Source: an uncultured Gemmatimonadota bacterium
GTDB lineage: Bacteria > Blakebacterota > Blakebacteria > Blakebacterales > Blakebacteraceae
Assembly: GCA_964576115.1 (NCBI GenBank)
Contig: CAZNUA010000002.1
Coordinates: forward strand, 85,789 to 149,788
Direction: 5' to 3'
DNA: 64,000 bases
Below the pieces are notes generated by a model. It had not been told where the DNA came from. It searched no databases and saw only the letters and a list, made by a program, of their open reading frames with translations. Positions within the stretch are counted from its first letter, which is position 1; every line of letters starts with the position of its first letter. Both the position numbers and the translations under genes were made by a program. Shown piece by piece: positions 1 through 9,826 of this stretch.

Positions 1-251
1 CCGCGTTCGTTGCCCACCACCTCGATGTCGCGCCGGCGCACTCCGTGCTTGAAACCGGTGCCCAGACACTTGGCGACCGCTTCCTTGGCGGCGTAACGGG
101 CGGCCAGGGCCTCGGCCGGAACCCCCCGTTCGGCGGCGGCGCGTTCACCCGGTGTGAAGCAGCGCTCGAGGAAACGATCCCCCCACCGCTGGACAGCCCT
201 CTCGACCCGTTCGACCTCGAGCAGATCGATTCCCACTGCTGCCGTTCTCAT
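1..251 (-). CDS. acpS: holo-[acyl-carrier-protein] synthase, 3' end runs off the window
   Basis: Not in the ORF track; manual translation gives MRTAAVGIDLLEVERVERAVQRWGDRFLERCFTPGE...LAARYAAKEAVAKCLGTG, with GID and AAKEAxxKxLGTG motifs. ATGA overlap with the HAD stop. Confidence 0.93.
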   Translation of the reverse strand, partial: MRTAAVGIDLLEVERVERAVQRWGDRFLERCFTPGERAAAERGVPAEALAARYAAKEAVAKCLGTGFKHGVRRRDIEVVGNER

Positions 252-925
252 CCTTCGCTCTCCACGATCGCAATCAGCTCCCGAATGTCGCGTATCTCAT
301 GATCGGCACAGGAGGCGCAGTCATCAAAGACGTTCCCGTAGCTGGCGAAAACGGTCCGCATCCCCAGCCGGGCGGCTCCGACCATGTCGCGTTCGGGCCA
401 ATCCCCGACCATCAGGGCTTCGGAGGGTTCGATCCCGAATTCCTCGAGGGCGCGCCGGAAAGGGGCCGGATCGGGTTTGCGCCGGCCGGTGTCCTCGAAG
501 GTGACCACGGCATCGAAGAGGTGGTGCAGCCCCAGGGCCACGAGCCGGAGCCACGCTTCACGGCGGGGAGCGTCTGTCACCACACCCAATCGCAGGCCGC
601 GCTTGGCCAGGGCGAAGAGCGTGGCCTGGGCGTGAGGATAGAGAACCAGATGGGCTTCCCGGCGGCGGCGATAGGCCAGTACTCCCGAGGCGAGGACTTT
701 GGGGTCGATCTCTCCCTGGATCCGCGTCAAAAAGTCGTCGAAGACCTGCTGATACTCGATTCCCTTTTCCTCATATACCGCCTCGATCCCCGCGACCGTC
801 TCAGCCACCGGCAGATCGAGGCCGGCGTCCACCATGGCCGAGGCGGCGGCCCGGACGGCTTCGTCCTTCATGCGCATGAAGTCGATGAGGGTGTTGTCGA
901 GATCGAAGATGACGGCGCGGATCAT
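248..925 (-). CDS. HAD-superfamily hydrolase (subfamily IA)
   Basis: Motif I FDLDNTL, RKPDP, VGDWPERD. Start trimmed to ATG 925 (MIRAVIF). Confidence 0.9.
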   Translation of the reverse strand: MIRAVIFDLDNTLIDFMRMKDEAVRAAASAMVDAGLDLPVAETVAGIEAVYEEKGIEYQQVFDDFLTRIQGEIDPKVLASGVLAYRRRREAHLVLYPHAQATLFALAKRGLRLGVVTDAPRREAWLRLVALGLHHLFDAVVTFEDTGRRKPDPAPFRRALEEFGIEPSEALMVGDWPERDMVGAARLGMRTVFASYGNVFDDCASCADHEIRDIRELIAIVESEG

Positions 926-966
926 GACGGCGATCCTCTCTGGATCGGAAGTGCTCCCCCGTTTCT

Positions 967-2031
967 TTATCCCCCGCGGTGGCTCCAACCGCCGGCAGAG
1001 ATGGTGCGGGTCGCCCCGGCACCTTCGAGCACGACCGTCGGCTCCCCCCCCTCGACCCGGCCGATGACCGTCAGGGGAACCCCGGACTGCGAATCGTTCC
1101 CGGCCAGCGCCGGATGATCGGGCCCGCAGGTCAGGAGCAGCTCGAATTCCTCGCCCGAATCGAGGGCGTAGAGAACGGCCCCCGCCTCGTCGCCGGTGGG
1201 ATCGAGCCACTCCATGAAGGACCGCAGAGCGGGATGTAGAGGAATATGCGACGCCTCGAGGACGAGCGATACGCCCGAATCGAGAGCCAGGTGCCAGGCC
1301 TCGCTCGACAGACCGTCGGAGATGTCGATCGCCGCGTGCACCTCACCGGCACCGGCCAGCGCCCGCACCGTATCGACCCTCGCCCGGGGCCGCAGGTGCC
1401 GCTCGACCAGCTCCGCGGCCCACCCTCTGCGCGGTGCGTCCGGGCCGCGGGCCAGCAGTTCGACGCCGGCCCGGCTGCCTCCCAGCGATCCCGAGACCAG
1501 GACGAGATCGCCTGGCCGGGCGCCGGAGCGGCGCCAGATTCCGGTCTCGGCCACCTCGCCATAGACAGTGATGGAGATGCTGAGCGGTCCGGGGGTGTCA
1601 ACCACATCTCCGCCCACCACCGCCAGTTGGAGGGCGTCGGCCTCCTCGCGCAGGCCGCGGTAGAGGGCTTCGAGTTTTTCTTCGCCGGTCTCGCGGGGCA
1701 GCTGCAGCGCCACCAGTGCCAGCCGGGGAATCCCTCCCATGGCGCAGACATCGCTGGCGGCCGCCGTCAGGGCCCGGGCTCCGACCGCCTCACCCGGTTC
1801 GTGATCGAAGGCGTGCACTCCCGCCACCATCGTGTCCACCGTCAGGATCCCCGTCAGACCTCCACCGATATCCCACAGGGCGGCATCGTCGCCCAGGCCC
1901 TCCCGCAACCGGGCGGCCACGTCCGTCGGCAGGGGAGCTTCCCCTGCCCCGAGCTCGGCCGCGAGCCGGCCGATCAAACGGAATTCCGGACCAAGGGGAC
2001 CGTCGGGATCGAGTGAGGCATATCGGTTCAC
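967..2031 (-). CDS. thiL: thiamine-monophosphate kinase
   Basis: GDDAA, DTMVAGVH, SDVCAMGG, GGD, DISDGL and GEEFEL motifs. GTG start 2031 overlaps the upstream stop (GTGA). Confidence 0.92.
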   Translation of the reverse strand: MNRYASLDPDGPLGPEFRLIGRLAAELGAGEAPLPTDVAARLREGLGDDAALWDIGGGLTGILTVDTMVAGVHAFDHEPGEAVGARALTAAASDVCAMGGIPRLALVALQLPRETGEEKLEALYRGLREEADALQLAVVGGDVVDTPGPLSISITVYGEVAETGIWRRSGARPGDLVLVSGSLGGSRAGVELLARGPDAPRRGWAAELVERHLRPRARVDTVRALAGAGEVHAAIDISDGLSSEAWHLALDSGVSLVLEASHIPLHPALRSFMEWLDPTGDEAGAVLYALDSGEEFELLLTCGPDHPALAGNDSQSGVPLTVIGRVEGGEPTVVLEGAGATRTISAGGWSHRGG

Positions 2032-3512
2032 GGCCGTTCCCTCCGCTGCCGCCAGTCGAAGCGGGTCAGCCCTCCGGCTGTCGCGAACCACGCCTCGCCG
2101 TCGCGCGGGACCACCCGCCAGACACGTTCGTCGACCAGACCATCGCGTTCAGTATAATAGTGCCAGATACCGGTGGCCCGAATCAGCCGGCGAACGCCCC
2201 GGAACGTCGTCACCCAGAGATTATAGTCGTCAACCGCCAGATCGGTGATCTCCCCCGGCAGGAAGGGGCCCGAAGCCGGCACCGTCAACCACTCCCCGGC
2301 CTCAGGCCGGCCGGCGACGATCCCCCGGGTCGTCCCCCACCAGACCGTGTCGCCCCGGGCGCAGACGGCATCGATCCGCCCGTTCAGCGCCCCCGTCGGG
2401 TGCTCGATGAGATCGAACCGACCCTCCGGCCACGTCCCCCGCCAGACCCAGGCGCCTCCTTCGGTGGCCCACCAGATTGCTCCCGGGGTCGAGGCGAGGT
2501 CGGTGATCCGGTTCGGGCCCAGGAGCGGCAGCAGGGTGATCGAGTCCCCGGCGGCTACGGCGGCCCCACGCATGGTGCCGACCCAGATCCCCCCCGCCCC
2601 GGCAGCCAGGGCGGTGATGCGGGGATCGGGCAGGCCTCGCGGTCCCCGCTGCGTCCAGCGTCCGCGGGCGTCGCGGTGGGCCAGTCCGGCATCGGTCGCC
2701 AGCCAGAGATCGCGATCGGCGAGCACCATGGCACTAACCCGGTCACTGAGCAGTCCGGGTTCATCGAAAGCGAGGGTGTGCTTCCACTCGTCGGTCCTCA
2801 TCCGCCATTCGGTCAGTCCGCCGACGGCCGGCGACAGAGCGTACCCGGCCGCAAGGAGAGTGTCGCCGTCTATCAGCAGGGCCCGGACGTCGGCGTTCCA
2901 GAGGCCCTGCGGCTTCATCTGGAGACGGCGGCTGTTCTCCTCTGCCCGGCCGGTGCCCAGACCCCAGGTGGTGATCCAGAGGTTCCCCTCCCCATCGGTC
3001 CGGCTGTCGGTGATCACGGCGTCGACGCCCAGCGGTCCGGCCAACCGCCCGTCGGGCAGGTACTGCCAGCTCGGGTCGGTATAGAGATTGTCGGGCAGAG
3101 GGACACTGAAGGCTTCGGGGGGCGACGCGGGGAAAGCCGTTCGAACCCGGCCGGTACCAGGTTCGATGGTGACCTGTTCGGCCGCGGTGGCGTAACGGAA
3201 AAGCCCGTTTTCCTGCCGCCAGAGAGCCGTCGCCCGACCTTCGGGCAGGCCGTCGGCCGGAGTCACGGTTACCGCCCACTGCTCGCGCAGGCGGTCGTAG
3301 AAGAGAACCCCCTGCTCGGTCAGTACGCCCACCCAGCGCACACCGGGGATGACATGGCGGGCGAAACGGGTGACGGTGATCGACTCCCACTCGGCCGGAT
3401 CCCAGGTCGTCTGAGCCTCCGCCGGCACAGTCGTCGCACAGAAGACGACCGCGAGCAGTCCGCCCAGCCGCTGGACGCCTCGGCTCGCAGGCGGGTGCGG
3501 GGACGGTCTCAT
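2028..3512 (-). CDS. exported beta-propeller repeat protein (two-component-regulator-propeller-like blades, no kinase domain)
   Basis: Signal peptide-like N-terminus; repeated LWxAT/IWVGT..G and DGL blade motifs. Confidence 0.7.
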   Translation of the reverse strand: MRPSPHPPASRGVQRLGGLLAVVFCATTVPAEAQTTWDPAEWESITVTRFARHVIPGVRWVGVLTEQGVLFYDRLREQWAVTVTPADGLPEGRATALWRQENGLFRYATAAEQVTIEPGTGRVRTAFPASPPEAFSVPLPDNLYTDPSWQYLPDGRLAGPLGVDAVITDSRTDGEGNLWITTWGLGTGRAEENSRRLQMKPQGLWNADVRALLIDGDTLLAAGYALSPAVGGLTEWRMRTDEWKHTLAFDEPGLLSDRVSAMVLADRDLWLATDAGLAHRDARGRWTQRGPRGLPDPRITALAAGAGGIWVGTMRGAAVAAGDSITLLPLLGPNRITDLASTPGAIWWATEGGAWVWRGTWPEGRFDLIEHPTGALNGRIDAVCARGDTVWWGTTRGIVAGRPEAGEWLTVPASGPFLPGEITDLAVDDYNLWVTTFRGVRRLIRATGIWHYYTERDGLVDERVWRVVPRDGEAWFATAGGLTRFDWRQRRERP

Positions 3513-5356
3513 CGTCCGGGGGGCAGGTCGGGTTGCAGGCGCTCGGGTTGAGCCACCGGTGCCAGACCGATCCCGATCATGGCTTCATCCCACCGGTTTT
3601 CAAGGGAACGGACCGTGGCCAGGACATCCCGCCGCAGCTTTCCGACCTCCCCGGGCAGGGGTTGAGCCAGAACCGATTCGATCGCCTCGAGATACCAGAT
3701 CTTCCAGGCGTTGAGGATCTCCTGTTCCAGCAGGCGGTCTCCTGCTCCGCCCTCCAGGTTCGCCCGGGCGGTTTCGATTCCGGCCGACATCCGGGCCACA
3801 GCCCGATCGTACACCAGGGTCAGCAGACGTTCGGCTCCGGCCCGGTCGGCCCGGGCGCTGATCCAGGCGGAGGTTGCAGCCACGAGCGCCGCGGCTGCTA
3901 TCTGTTGAGGATCGAGATGCCCGGGGGTGTCGAGCTGGCTGCGGTAGAGAGGATCGGGGAAATACCAGAGCCGTTGGGCCGGCAGGCCCGCTTCGAGCAG
4001 AACAGTGTGTTCGCTCCCCCCTTCGTAGGGCGTCTCGGCACTCGTCCAGCCGTCGTGCTGCTCGGCGAGGGTGCGGGCGAGTTCCCCGGTGAACAGACTC
4101 AGGTAGTGGCCCGGACAGGGCCAGGGGGGCGGTGCGGCGCCCCAGGGGGTGTGCCAGTCGGGAGGCCGGGTCCAGAGGGCGGCGGGATCGGGATAGCGTT
4201 CGAGCAGCACCTGGCGTTCGGCGGTGTCGGGGCGGGCTCCGACGAGGTGCAGGAGAGTGACCGAGTGCAGGCTGTCGACGACATCGGGCCGGCGTTCGGT
4301 CCAGGCACGCACACTCAATCCGGTGGCTCCGAAGAGGAAGATCATCGAGCGCCGGGGTCGATCCAGGCGGCCCTCGTTCACCGCCGCCAGCAGGGCGTTG
4401 GCGGCCTCAACCAGAGCAGCCGCACCGCTGACATCCGACGCTCCGGGAGCCGGCCCCGAAAAGGGTGCTATGACAGCCACTGCCTCAGAAGCGGCCTCGG
4501 TACCGGGGATGACGGCGATCAGCGTCCGGCTCAGCCTTTCGGTGAGATAAGCGGCTTCGACCTCGGCCCGGACGGGCAGCGAGCCCCCGGCCTGCTCCAG
4601 CGCCGCCTCGAGCCGGAGCGCGTCGCTGACGCTCAGCGTGAAACCGAAGCCTTCCCGTCCCACCGTACCGGCCGGCACCAGTTCGGGGTGTGTGTCGGTT
4701 GCCTGCCAATCCGGGGCCGAAGCACTCACGACCCCGGCCGCCCCGCGTTCGAGGACCGCGGCCCGGTAGATGTCGGTCAGGGAGCGACGTCCGTACACGA
4801 TCGCTCCGTGCACGTCACGCCCCTCGTACTCGGCGGGGAAGGTGCCGTTGCCGAGGTTGAACAGACGGGTCGTGATTCCGCCGGGCGGAGTCGGCCGCGA
4901 GTTCCGGGCCAGGGTCGTGGGAGCGGTGTCGGTATCAGTGACGCACCAGCCGTCCGGTCCGAGCACGTCGAGTCGTCCTCCGATCGGTTGCCAGATATCG
5001 AAGGGGATCGAATCGGCCAGAACCCAGACATAACCGGTCGGGGTGCCGGGTGGTACCGACCCACCCGTCGCGGGGGGAGCCGCGAGAGGGACGAACCCGC
5101 CGGCCGCGAGTCGATCGGCGATCTCGTCGAGGGCCCGATCGTAGCCGGGGGTACCCGGCAGACGTACCAGAGGGGCCAGTTCGTCGACCAGCTCGAGCGC
5201 CCGCTCGCCCGAAATGCGGGGCGCCAGTTCGGCCCCGGTTCGGACGCCGAAGGGGGAACCGCCCGTACAGCCGACGGTCGCCACCGTCAGCATGATCAGG
5301 ACCGCCACGGCAGCCAGTGACGGCACATTGCCAGGAGTGTGGATTGTCATAGGCAT
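3509..5356 (-). CDS. M28-family/PA-domain lipoprotein, probably catalytically degenerate
   Basis: Lipobox-like TVGC; PA-like segment (AVLERGAAGVV); M28-like PGASDVSG, PRRSMIFLF and GGSEH. Start is 5356 or 5350. Confidence 0.7.
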   Translation of the reverse strand: MPMTIHTPGNVPSLAAVAVLIMLTVATVGCTGGSPFGVRTGAELAPRISGERALELVDELAPLVRLPGTPGYDRALDEIADRLAAGGFVPLAAPPATGGSVPPGTPTGYVWVLADSIPFDIWQPIGGRLDVLGPDGWCVTDTDTAPTTLARNSRPTPPGGITTRLFNLGNGTFPAEYEGRDVHGAIVYGRRSLTDIYRAAVLERGAAGVVSASAPDWQATDTHPELVPAGTVGREGFGFTLSVSDALRLEAALEQAGGSLPVRAEVEAAYLTERLSRTLIAVIPGTEAASEAVAVIAPFSGPAPGASDVSGAAALVEAANALLAAVNEGRLDRPRRSMIFLFGATGLSVRAWTERRPDVVDSLHSVTLLHLVGARPDTAERQVLLERYPDPAALWTRPPDWHTPWGAAPPPWPCPGHYLSLFTGELARTLAEQHDGWTSAETPYEGGSEHTVLLEAGLPAQRLWYFPDPLYRSQLDTPGHLDPQQIAAAALVAATSAWISARADRAGAERLLTLVYDRAVARMSAGIETARANLEGGAGDRLLEQEILNAWKIWYLEAIESVLAQPLPGEVGKLRRDVLATVRSLENRWDEAMIGIGLAPVAQPERLQPDLPPGR

Positions 5357-5402
5357 GAACTTGGAATGAGCCGCCGGGGGTGTCAAGACGGGGCTTTCCC
5401 CC

Positions 5403-6476
5403 TTGACCCCCGCCGACGGCTGGTTCTCTTTCATCCTCGACGCACCAGCACCCGCAAGCGCAGAGGAAAAGACACTGGACGATCACCCAACCCACCCCCG
5501 GCCGACCGGGGCCGAGCGGCGACGCGTCCCCTGGTATGCCCTGACTCCGGAGGCCCGGTCGGCGATCCGCCGCCGGAGCTGGAACAGGGCCGTCATTCTC
5601 TTTCTGGCCACCGTGCTCTCCACCTTGTACGTGGGATCCGGTATGAACACAGATGCGTCAGGAGGTCCGGGGAGCCTGCTCGACGGCTGGGTTTTCGCCC
5701 TGCCCCTGCTGGGGATTCTGCTCTGCCACGAATTCGGCCATTACCTGCTGGCGCGTCGCCATGAAGTGGAGGTGTCTCCACCCTACTTCATTCCCTTTCC
5801 CAATCTGCTCGGCACCATGGGGGCTTTCATCGCTTTCCGTTCGCCCATCTACAACCGCCGGCAGCTGCTCGATATCGGCGCCGCCGGACCGCTGGCGGGA
5901 CTGGTACCGAGTATCATCGCCCTGATCGTGGGCTTCGCCCTCTCCCGGACCCTGCCCGAAACCACCGCTACCGGGGGCTTGATTCTGGGGGACAGCTTGC
6001 TGACAGCTGGTCTACAGAGGCTGGTGATCGGTCCGATTCCCGACGGCTATACGGTCTACATCCATCCGGTGGGATTCGCCGGCTGGGTGGGTCTGTTCGT
6101 CACGATGTGGAACCTGCTGCCGATCTGGCAGTTCGACGGCGGGCACATCGCCTATGCCCTCTTCGGCCGGCGCCAGTGGCTGCTCGGCCCCCTCGCCATC
6201 GCCGGTCTCCTGCTCCTGGGCTGGCTGGTGGCGCGCTGGTGGTGGTACGTCCTCGTCTTTCTGGCGATTCTCTTCTTCGTCTATGTTCTGATCGCGCGTC
6301 TTTCAGCCGGCGTGCGCATCCCGCTGACCGATCTGGTCACCCTGAGGTTCCTGCGACATTTTCCGGTCGCCAACGAGGAACCGCTCGACCGGAACCGCCG
6401 GATCATCGGCTGGATCTGCCTGATCGTTTTCGCTCTCTGCTTCATTCCCGATCCGATCCGCGCCATAGGGGCATAG
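5403..6476 (+). CDS. site-2 protease (M50 intramembrane Zn metalloprotease)
   Basis: HEFGH, AGPLAG and NLLPIWQFDGGHI motifs; multiple TM segments. Start uncertain. Confidence 0.9.
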   Translation: MTPADGWFSFILDAPAPASAEEKTLDDHPTHPRPTGAERRRVPWYALTPEARSAIRRRSWNRAVILFLATVLSTLYVGSGMNTDASGGPGSLLDGWVFALPLLGILLCHEFGHYLLARRHEVEVSPPYFIPFPNLLGTMGAFIAFRSPIYNRRQLLDIGAAGPLAGLVPSIIALIVGFALSRTLPETTATGGLILGDSLLTAGLQRLVIGPIPDGYTVYIHPVGFAGWVGLFVTMWNLLPIWQFDGGHIAYALFGRRQWLLGPLAIAGLLLLGWLVARWWWYVLVFLAILFFVYVLIARLSAGVRIPLTDLVTLRFLRHFPVANEEPLDRNRRIIGWICLIVFALCFIPDPIRAIGA

Positions 6477-6485
6477 GACCGGGGA

Positions 6486-7460
6486 TTATTCGGCTGTGTC
6501 CTTGAGCTCCTCGGCCAGACGCGGCAGCACCTCTAGGGCGTTGCCGACGATGCCGTAGTCGGCCACCCCGAAGATCGGCGCCTCGGGATCGCGGTTGATC
6601 GCCACGATGACCTTCGAACGGCTCATCCCCGCCAGGTGCTGCATGGCACCCGAAATCCCGGCCGCGACATAGAGCTGGGGCGTGACCGTTTTGCCGGTCT
6701 GTCCCACCTGCTCGGAATGGGGCCGCCAGCCGGCATCGACGACCGCCCGCGAGGCGCCCAGTTCGGCTTCGAGAGCTTCAGCCACCGCTTCGAGGTGGGG
6801 CCAGTTCTCCGGTCCGCCCATGCCCCGTCCGCCCGAGACGATCCGGTCGGCTTCGGTCAGGTCGACCCGGGCTCCGGCTGCAGCCTCGACCGCCGAGCCC
6901 GTTTCTCCCACCTCGGGCACCTGGATATCGAGGTTCTCCACCTCGGGAGTACTCGTGTGTCCGGCCTCGACCTCGAACGCCTTCGGCCGCACGCTCACCA
7001 CCCCGATCGGAGTCGTGAGCCGCAGCTGCTGATAGATCTTCCCGGCATAGACCGGCCGGGTATAGACGATCCCGTCCTCCCGGGCGTCGAAGTCGGTCAC
7101 CGCTGCAGCCAGTCCGGCCCCGAGGGCGGCGGCGATCCGCGGCGCCAGGTCCTTGCCGCTGCTCGTGGCCGCCAGCACGATCAGGGCCGGGTCGCAGGCC
7201 GTTACGGCGGCCTGGACCGCCGCCAGCCAGGTCGCTCCGGCATAGGCGGCGAACCCTTCGCCGTCGGCGACGTAGACCCGCTCGACACCGTACGCTCCCA
7301 ACCCTTCGGCCTCGCCCGCGATCCCGTTGCCCGCCAGCAGAGCGCAGCAGGGCCCTCCGACGGCATCGGCCAGGCGCCGTCCCGCGCCAGCCGCATCGGC
7401 GGTGACGCCGCGCACGTCGGAGTCCCGTGTTTCCGCTATTATCAAAACACCCTTCGGCAT
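6486..7460 (-). CDS. etfA: electron transfer flavoprotein alpha subunit
   Basis: [35 protein letters not shown] and [10 protein letters not shown]. Confidence 0.96.
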   Translation of the reverse strand: MPKGVLIIAETRDSDVRGVTADAAGAGRRLADAVGGPCCALLAGNGIAGEAEGLGAYGVERVYVADGEGFAAYAGATWLAAVQAAVTACDPALIVLAATSSGKDLAPRIAAALGAGLAAAVTDFDAREDGIVYTRPVYAGKIYQQLRLTTPIGVVSVRPKAFEVEAGHTSTPEVENLDIQVPEVGETGSAVEAAAGARVDLTEADRIVSGGRGMGGPENWPHLEAVAEALEAELGASRAVVDAGWRPHSEQVGQTGKTVTPQLYVAAGISGAMQHLAGMSRSKVIVAINRDPEAPIFGVADYGIVGNALEVLPRLAEELKDTAE

Positions 7461-7503
7461 GCCCCTGCTCCTTCCTCTCGTTGATCAGTCCCGACTGGGG
7501 CCC

Positions 7504-8256
7504 TCAGATGACTTTCGCTTCTTCCCTGAGCAACCGGACGAGCTCGGGAACGGCTTCGGTTCCCTCGCCGACGATCTTGCCTTCCGGTCGCGGTGGAGGA
7601 AGGGTCAGGGTCACGACCTCGATCCCGGCCTCGCCCGCCTCGGCCGCGATCGCCTCGATGGTCTTCTTCTTGGCCGCCATGATTCCCTTCAGACTGGCAT
7701 AGCGGGGTTCGTTGAGACCCTTCTGGGTCGTCACGACCGCGGGCAGAGCGGCCGAGACCTGCTGCTTGCCGCCCTCGACCTCGCGCGTGATGGTGACGTT
7801 CCCGTCGGCCAGCTCGAGGGTGATGGCCTCGGTCAGACAGGGCCGGTCGAGCAGGGTTGCCAGCATGGGGCCCTGCGCCTGCGTGTCGTCGTCCACCGAC
7901 TGTTTGCCGGTCAGAATCAGATCGGCCTCGACCCCGCCCAGAAAAGCGGCCAGGGCCCGGGCCTGTTGCAGGGGATCGGCGAGCGGAGCCTCGGTCGTGA
8001 GGTGAACCGCTTCATCACACCCCAGCGCGAGACTGTTGCGCAGAGCACTGCTGACAGCCTCGGGGCCGACGGCGACCGCCGTCACTTTTTCGGCCGTGCC
8101 TGCCTCTTTGAGCTGCACGGCTGCTTCGACCGCATACTCGTCATACGGGTTCAGAACGAGGGTGAGATCCTGCTCCTCGATTCCTTTCCCCTCGGCATCG
8201 ATTTTGAGCCGGGTGGCGGTATCGGGCACCTGCGTGATGCATACGAACAGATTCAT
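7504..8256 (-). CDS. etfB: electron transfer flavoprotein beta subunit
   Basis: QVPDT, NPYDEYAVEAA, GKQSVD and NEPRYASLKGIMAAKKK. ATG 8256 has SD GAGGAG. Confidence 0.96.
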   Translation of the reverse strand: MNLFVCITQVPDTATRLKIDAEGKGIEEQDLTLVLNPYDEYAVEAAVQLKEAGTAEKVTAVAVGPEAVSSALRNSLALGCDEAVHLTTEAPLADPLQQARALAAFLGGVEADLILTGKQSVDDDTQAQGPMLATLLDRPCLTEAITLELADGNVTITREVEGGKQQVSAALPAVVTTQKGLNEPRYASLKGIMAAKKKTIEAIAAEAGEAGIEVVTLTLPPPRPEGKIVGEGTEAVPELVRLLREEAKVI

Positions 8257-8435
8257 GACTGCTCCTCGACTGCGATGTGGGTATCTCCCGCCTTCTCGCA
8301 CCCGCTCTCGATCCGCCCGGAGGGGTGCGAAGCGCAGGTACGGTAGCCACGGGCGGGTTCGTTCTCAAGCCGATTCTGAGGCGTTCGTGATGCCCGCTGG
8401 CGGTGGGCGCGAACGAACCGTATTATCTCTGCCTG

Positions 8436-9785
8436 ATGATGCCCTCCACGCACTGTCCGATACGTCCGGGCGGCTCCCGGTGCCGCTCCCTGGCACTCCT
8501 GGCCGTTGCCCTGGCGTTTCCGCTCCAGGCCTCCGCTCAGGGCGTTGTGTCGAGTACGCTCGAGGGTCTGCCGATCCGGCGGATCGTGGTCGAGGGTCTG
8601 ACCCGGATGGACGAAGATGTCGTGCGCCGGCGCCTCGAGCTGCGCGTCGGAGAACCGTGGCGGGCCAAGACGGCGCGGCGCGACGAACAGGCCGTGACCG
8701 GCCTCATGATCTTCTGGTCGGTCCGGATCGTGCCCCGTCCCCTGCCCGACGCCTCAGCCCCCAATGCCGTCGAAGCCGCAGTCATTCTCGAGGAACGCTT
8801 CGGCTGGTTCCTCCTGCCCCAGATGCAATACGAGGAGGAATCGGGCTGGTCCTTCGGCGGCGCCGGCGGTCATTTCAATCTCTTCCGGCGGGGGCACTGG
8901 TTCTACGTCACTCTCCTGGGGGGCGGTTCCCGGTACCTGAGCGCGAGTTTCCGCAACACCTGGAACGGCCCCCATCACGAATCATTCCGCTTCGGCGGAG
9001 CGGCCGTCAGCCTCCACAACCGTCTGTACGATTTCCGGGAAACCGGAGAGCGCCTCAACCTGCAGTTCGGTCGCTGGGTCGGGCGCACCGGCCGGCTGGC
9101 CGGCGGCGCGGCCTGGCGCCGGATCGAAGGGGAAGTCCCCGACTGGGTGCCGGCGACAGCCGGTACCCGTTTCGACCGCAGGCAGCATCTGATGTGGGCC
9201 AGCGTCGGTTTCGATACCACCGATCCGTGGGCCTGGCCCCGTCCGGGCCGGACCACCTCGCTGCACCTCGAAGCCTACGGCGGTCTGCTCGGCGGCGACG
9301 TTCGGGGGTATATGCTCACCGCTACGCACGTGCTGCGGGCACACCTGCTCCCCCGCCTGCTGGCAGCCGGATATGCCCTGGTCCAGATCCAGGACGGGGA
9401 CCGCCCGTTCTGGCGCCTGCTGCCCCTGGGCGGAATGAACAGCTTGCGGGGGTATGAGTTCGGGAACTGGCTGGTCGAGAGGCGCTGGGAGACCAGCCTG
9501 CAGCTGGAGTGGCAGCTGGCTCCGGTCAGAACGCTCGATCTCGGCGCTCTCGGCGATCAGATCGTGGGCCTGGCAGCCGTCATCTTCGGCGAGATGGGGG
9601 CGGGAACGGGCGTCCGGCGCGGCCCCGGTTCCCCTCCCTGGTCACGGAGATCCCCCACGCTGGTCTGCTTCGGCGGCGGGCTGACCTTTTACAGCGCCCT
9701 GCTCGGGACCTTGCGCCTGGAGATCGGCTGGCCGGGTGACGGTGGTCCGCCGGTCATGGGACTTGGTCTGGAACCCAAGTTCTGA
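8436..9785 (+). CDS. Omp85 (BamA/TamA) family outer membrane protein with one POTRA-like domain
   Basis: Signal peptide (ASA-Q); POTRA-like IRRIVVEGLTRMDEDVVRRRL; loop-6-like LGGMNSLRGY; C-terminal Phe. Start uncertain. Confidence 0.8.
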   Translation: MMPSTHCPIRPGGSRCRSLALLAVALAFPLQASAQGVVSSTLEGLPIRRIVVEGLTRMDEDVVRRRLELRVGEPWRAKTARRDEQAVTGLMIFWSVRIVPRPLPDASAPNAVEAAVILEERFGWFLLPQMQYEEESGWSFGGAGGHFNLFRRGHWFYVTLLGGGSRYLSASFRNTWNGPHHESFRFGGAAVSLHNRLYDFRETGERLNLQFGRWVGRTGRLAGGAAWRRIEGEVPDWVPATAGTRFDRRQHLMWASVGFDTTDPWAWPRPGRTTSLHLEAYGGLLGGDVRGYMLTATHVLRAHLLPRLLAAGYALVQIQDGDRPFWRLLPLGGMNSLRGYEFGNWLVERRWETSLQLEWQLAPVRTLDLGALGDQIVGLAAVIFGEMGAGTGVRRGPGSPPWSRRSPTLVCFGGGLTFYSALLGTLRLEIGWPGDGGPPVMGLGLEPKF

Positions 9786-9826
9786 GGCTCACCTCGCCCG
9801 CATCCCGACCTGCCCCACCGACCGGC

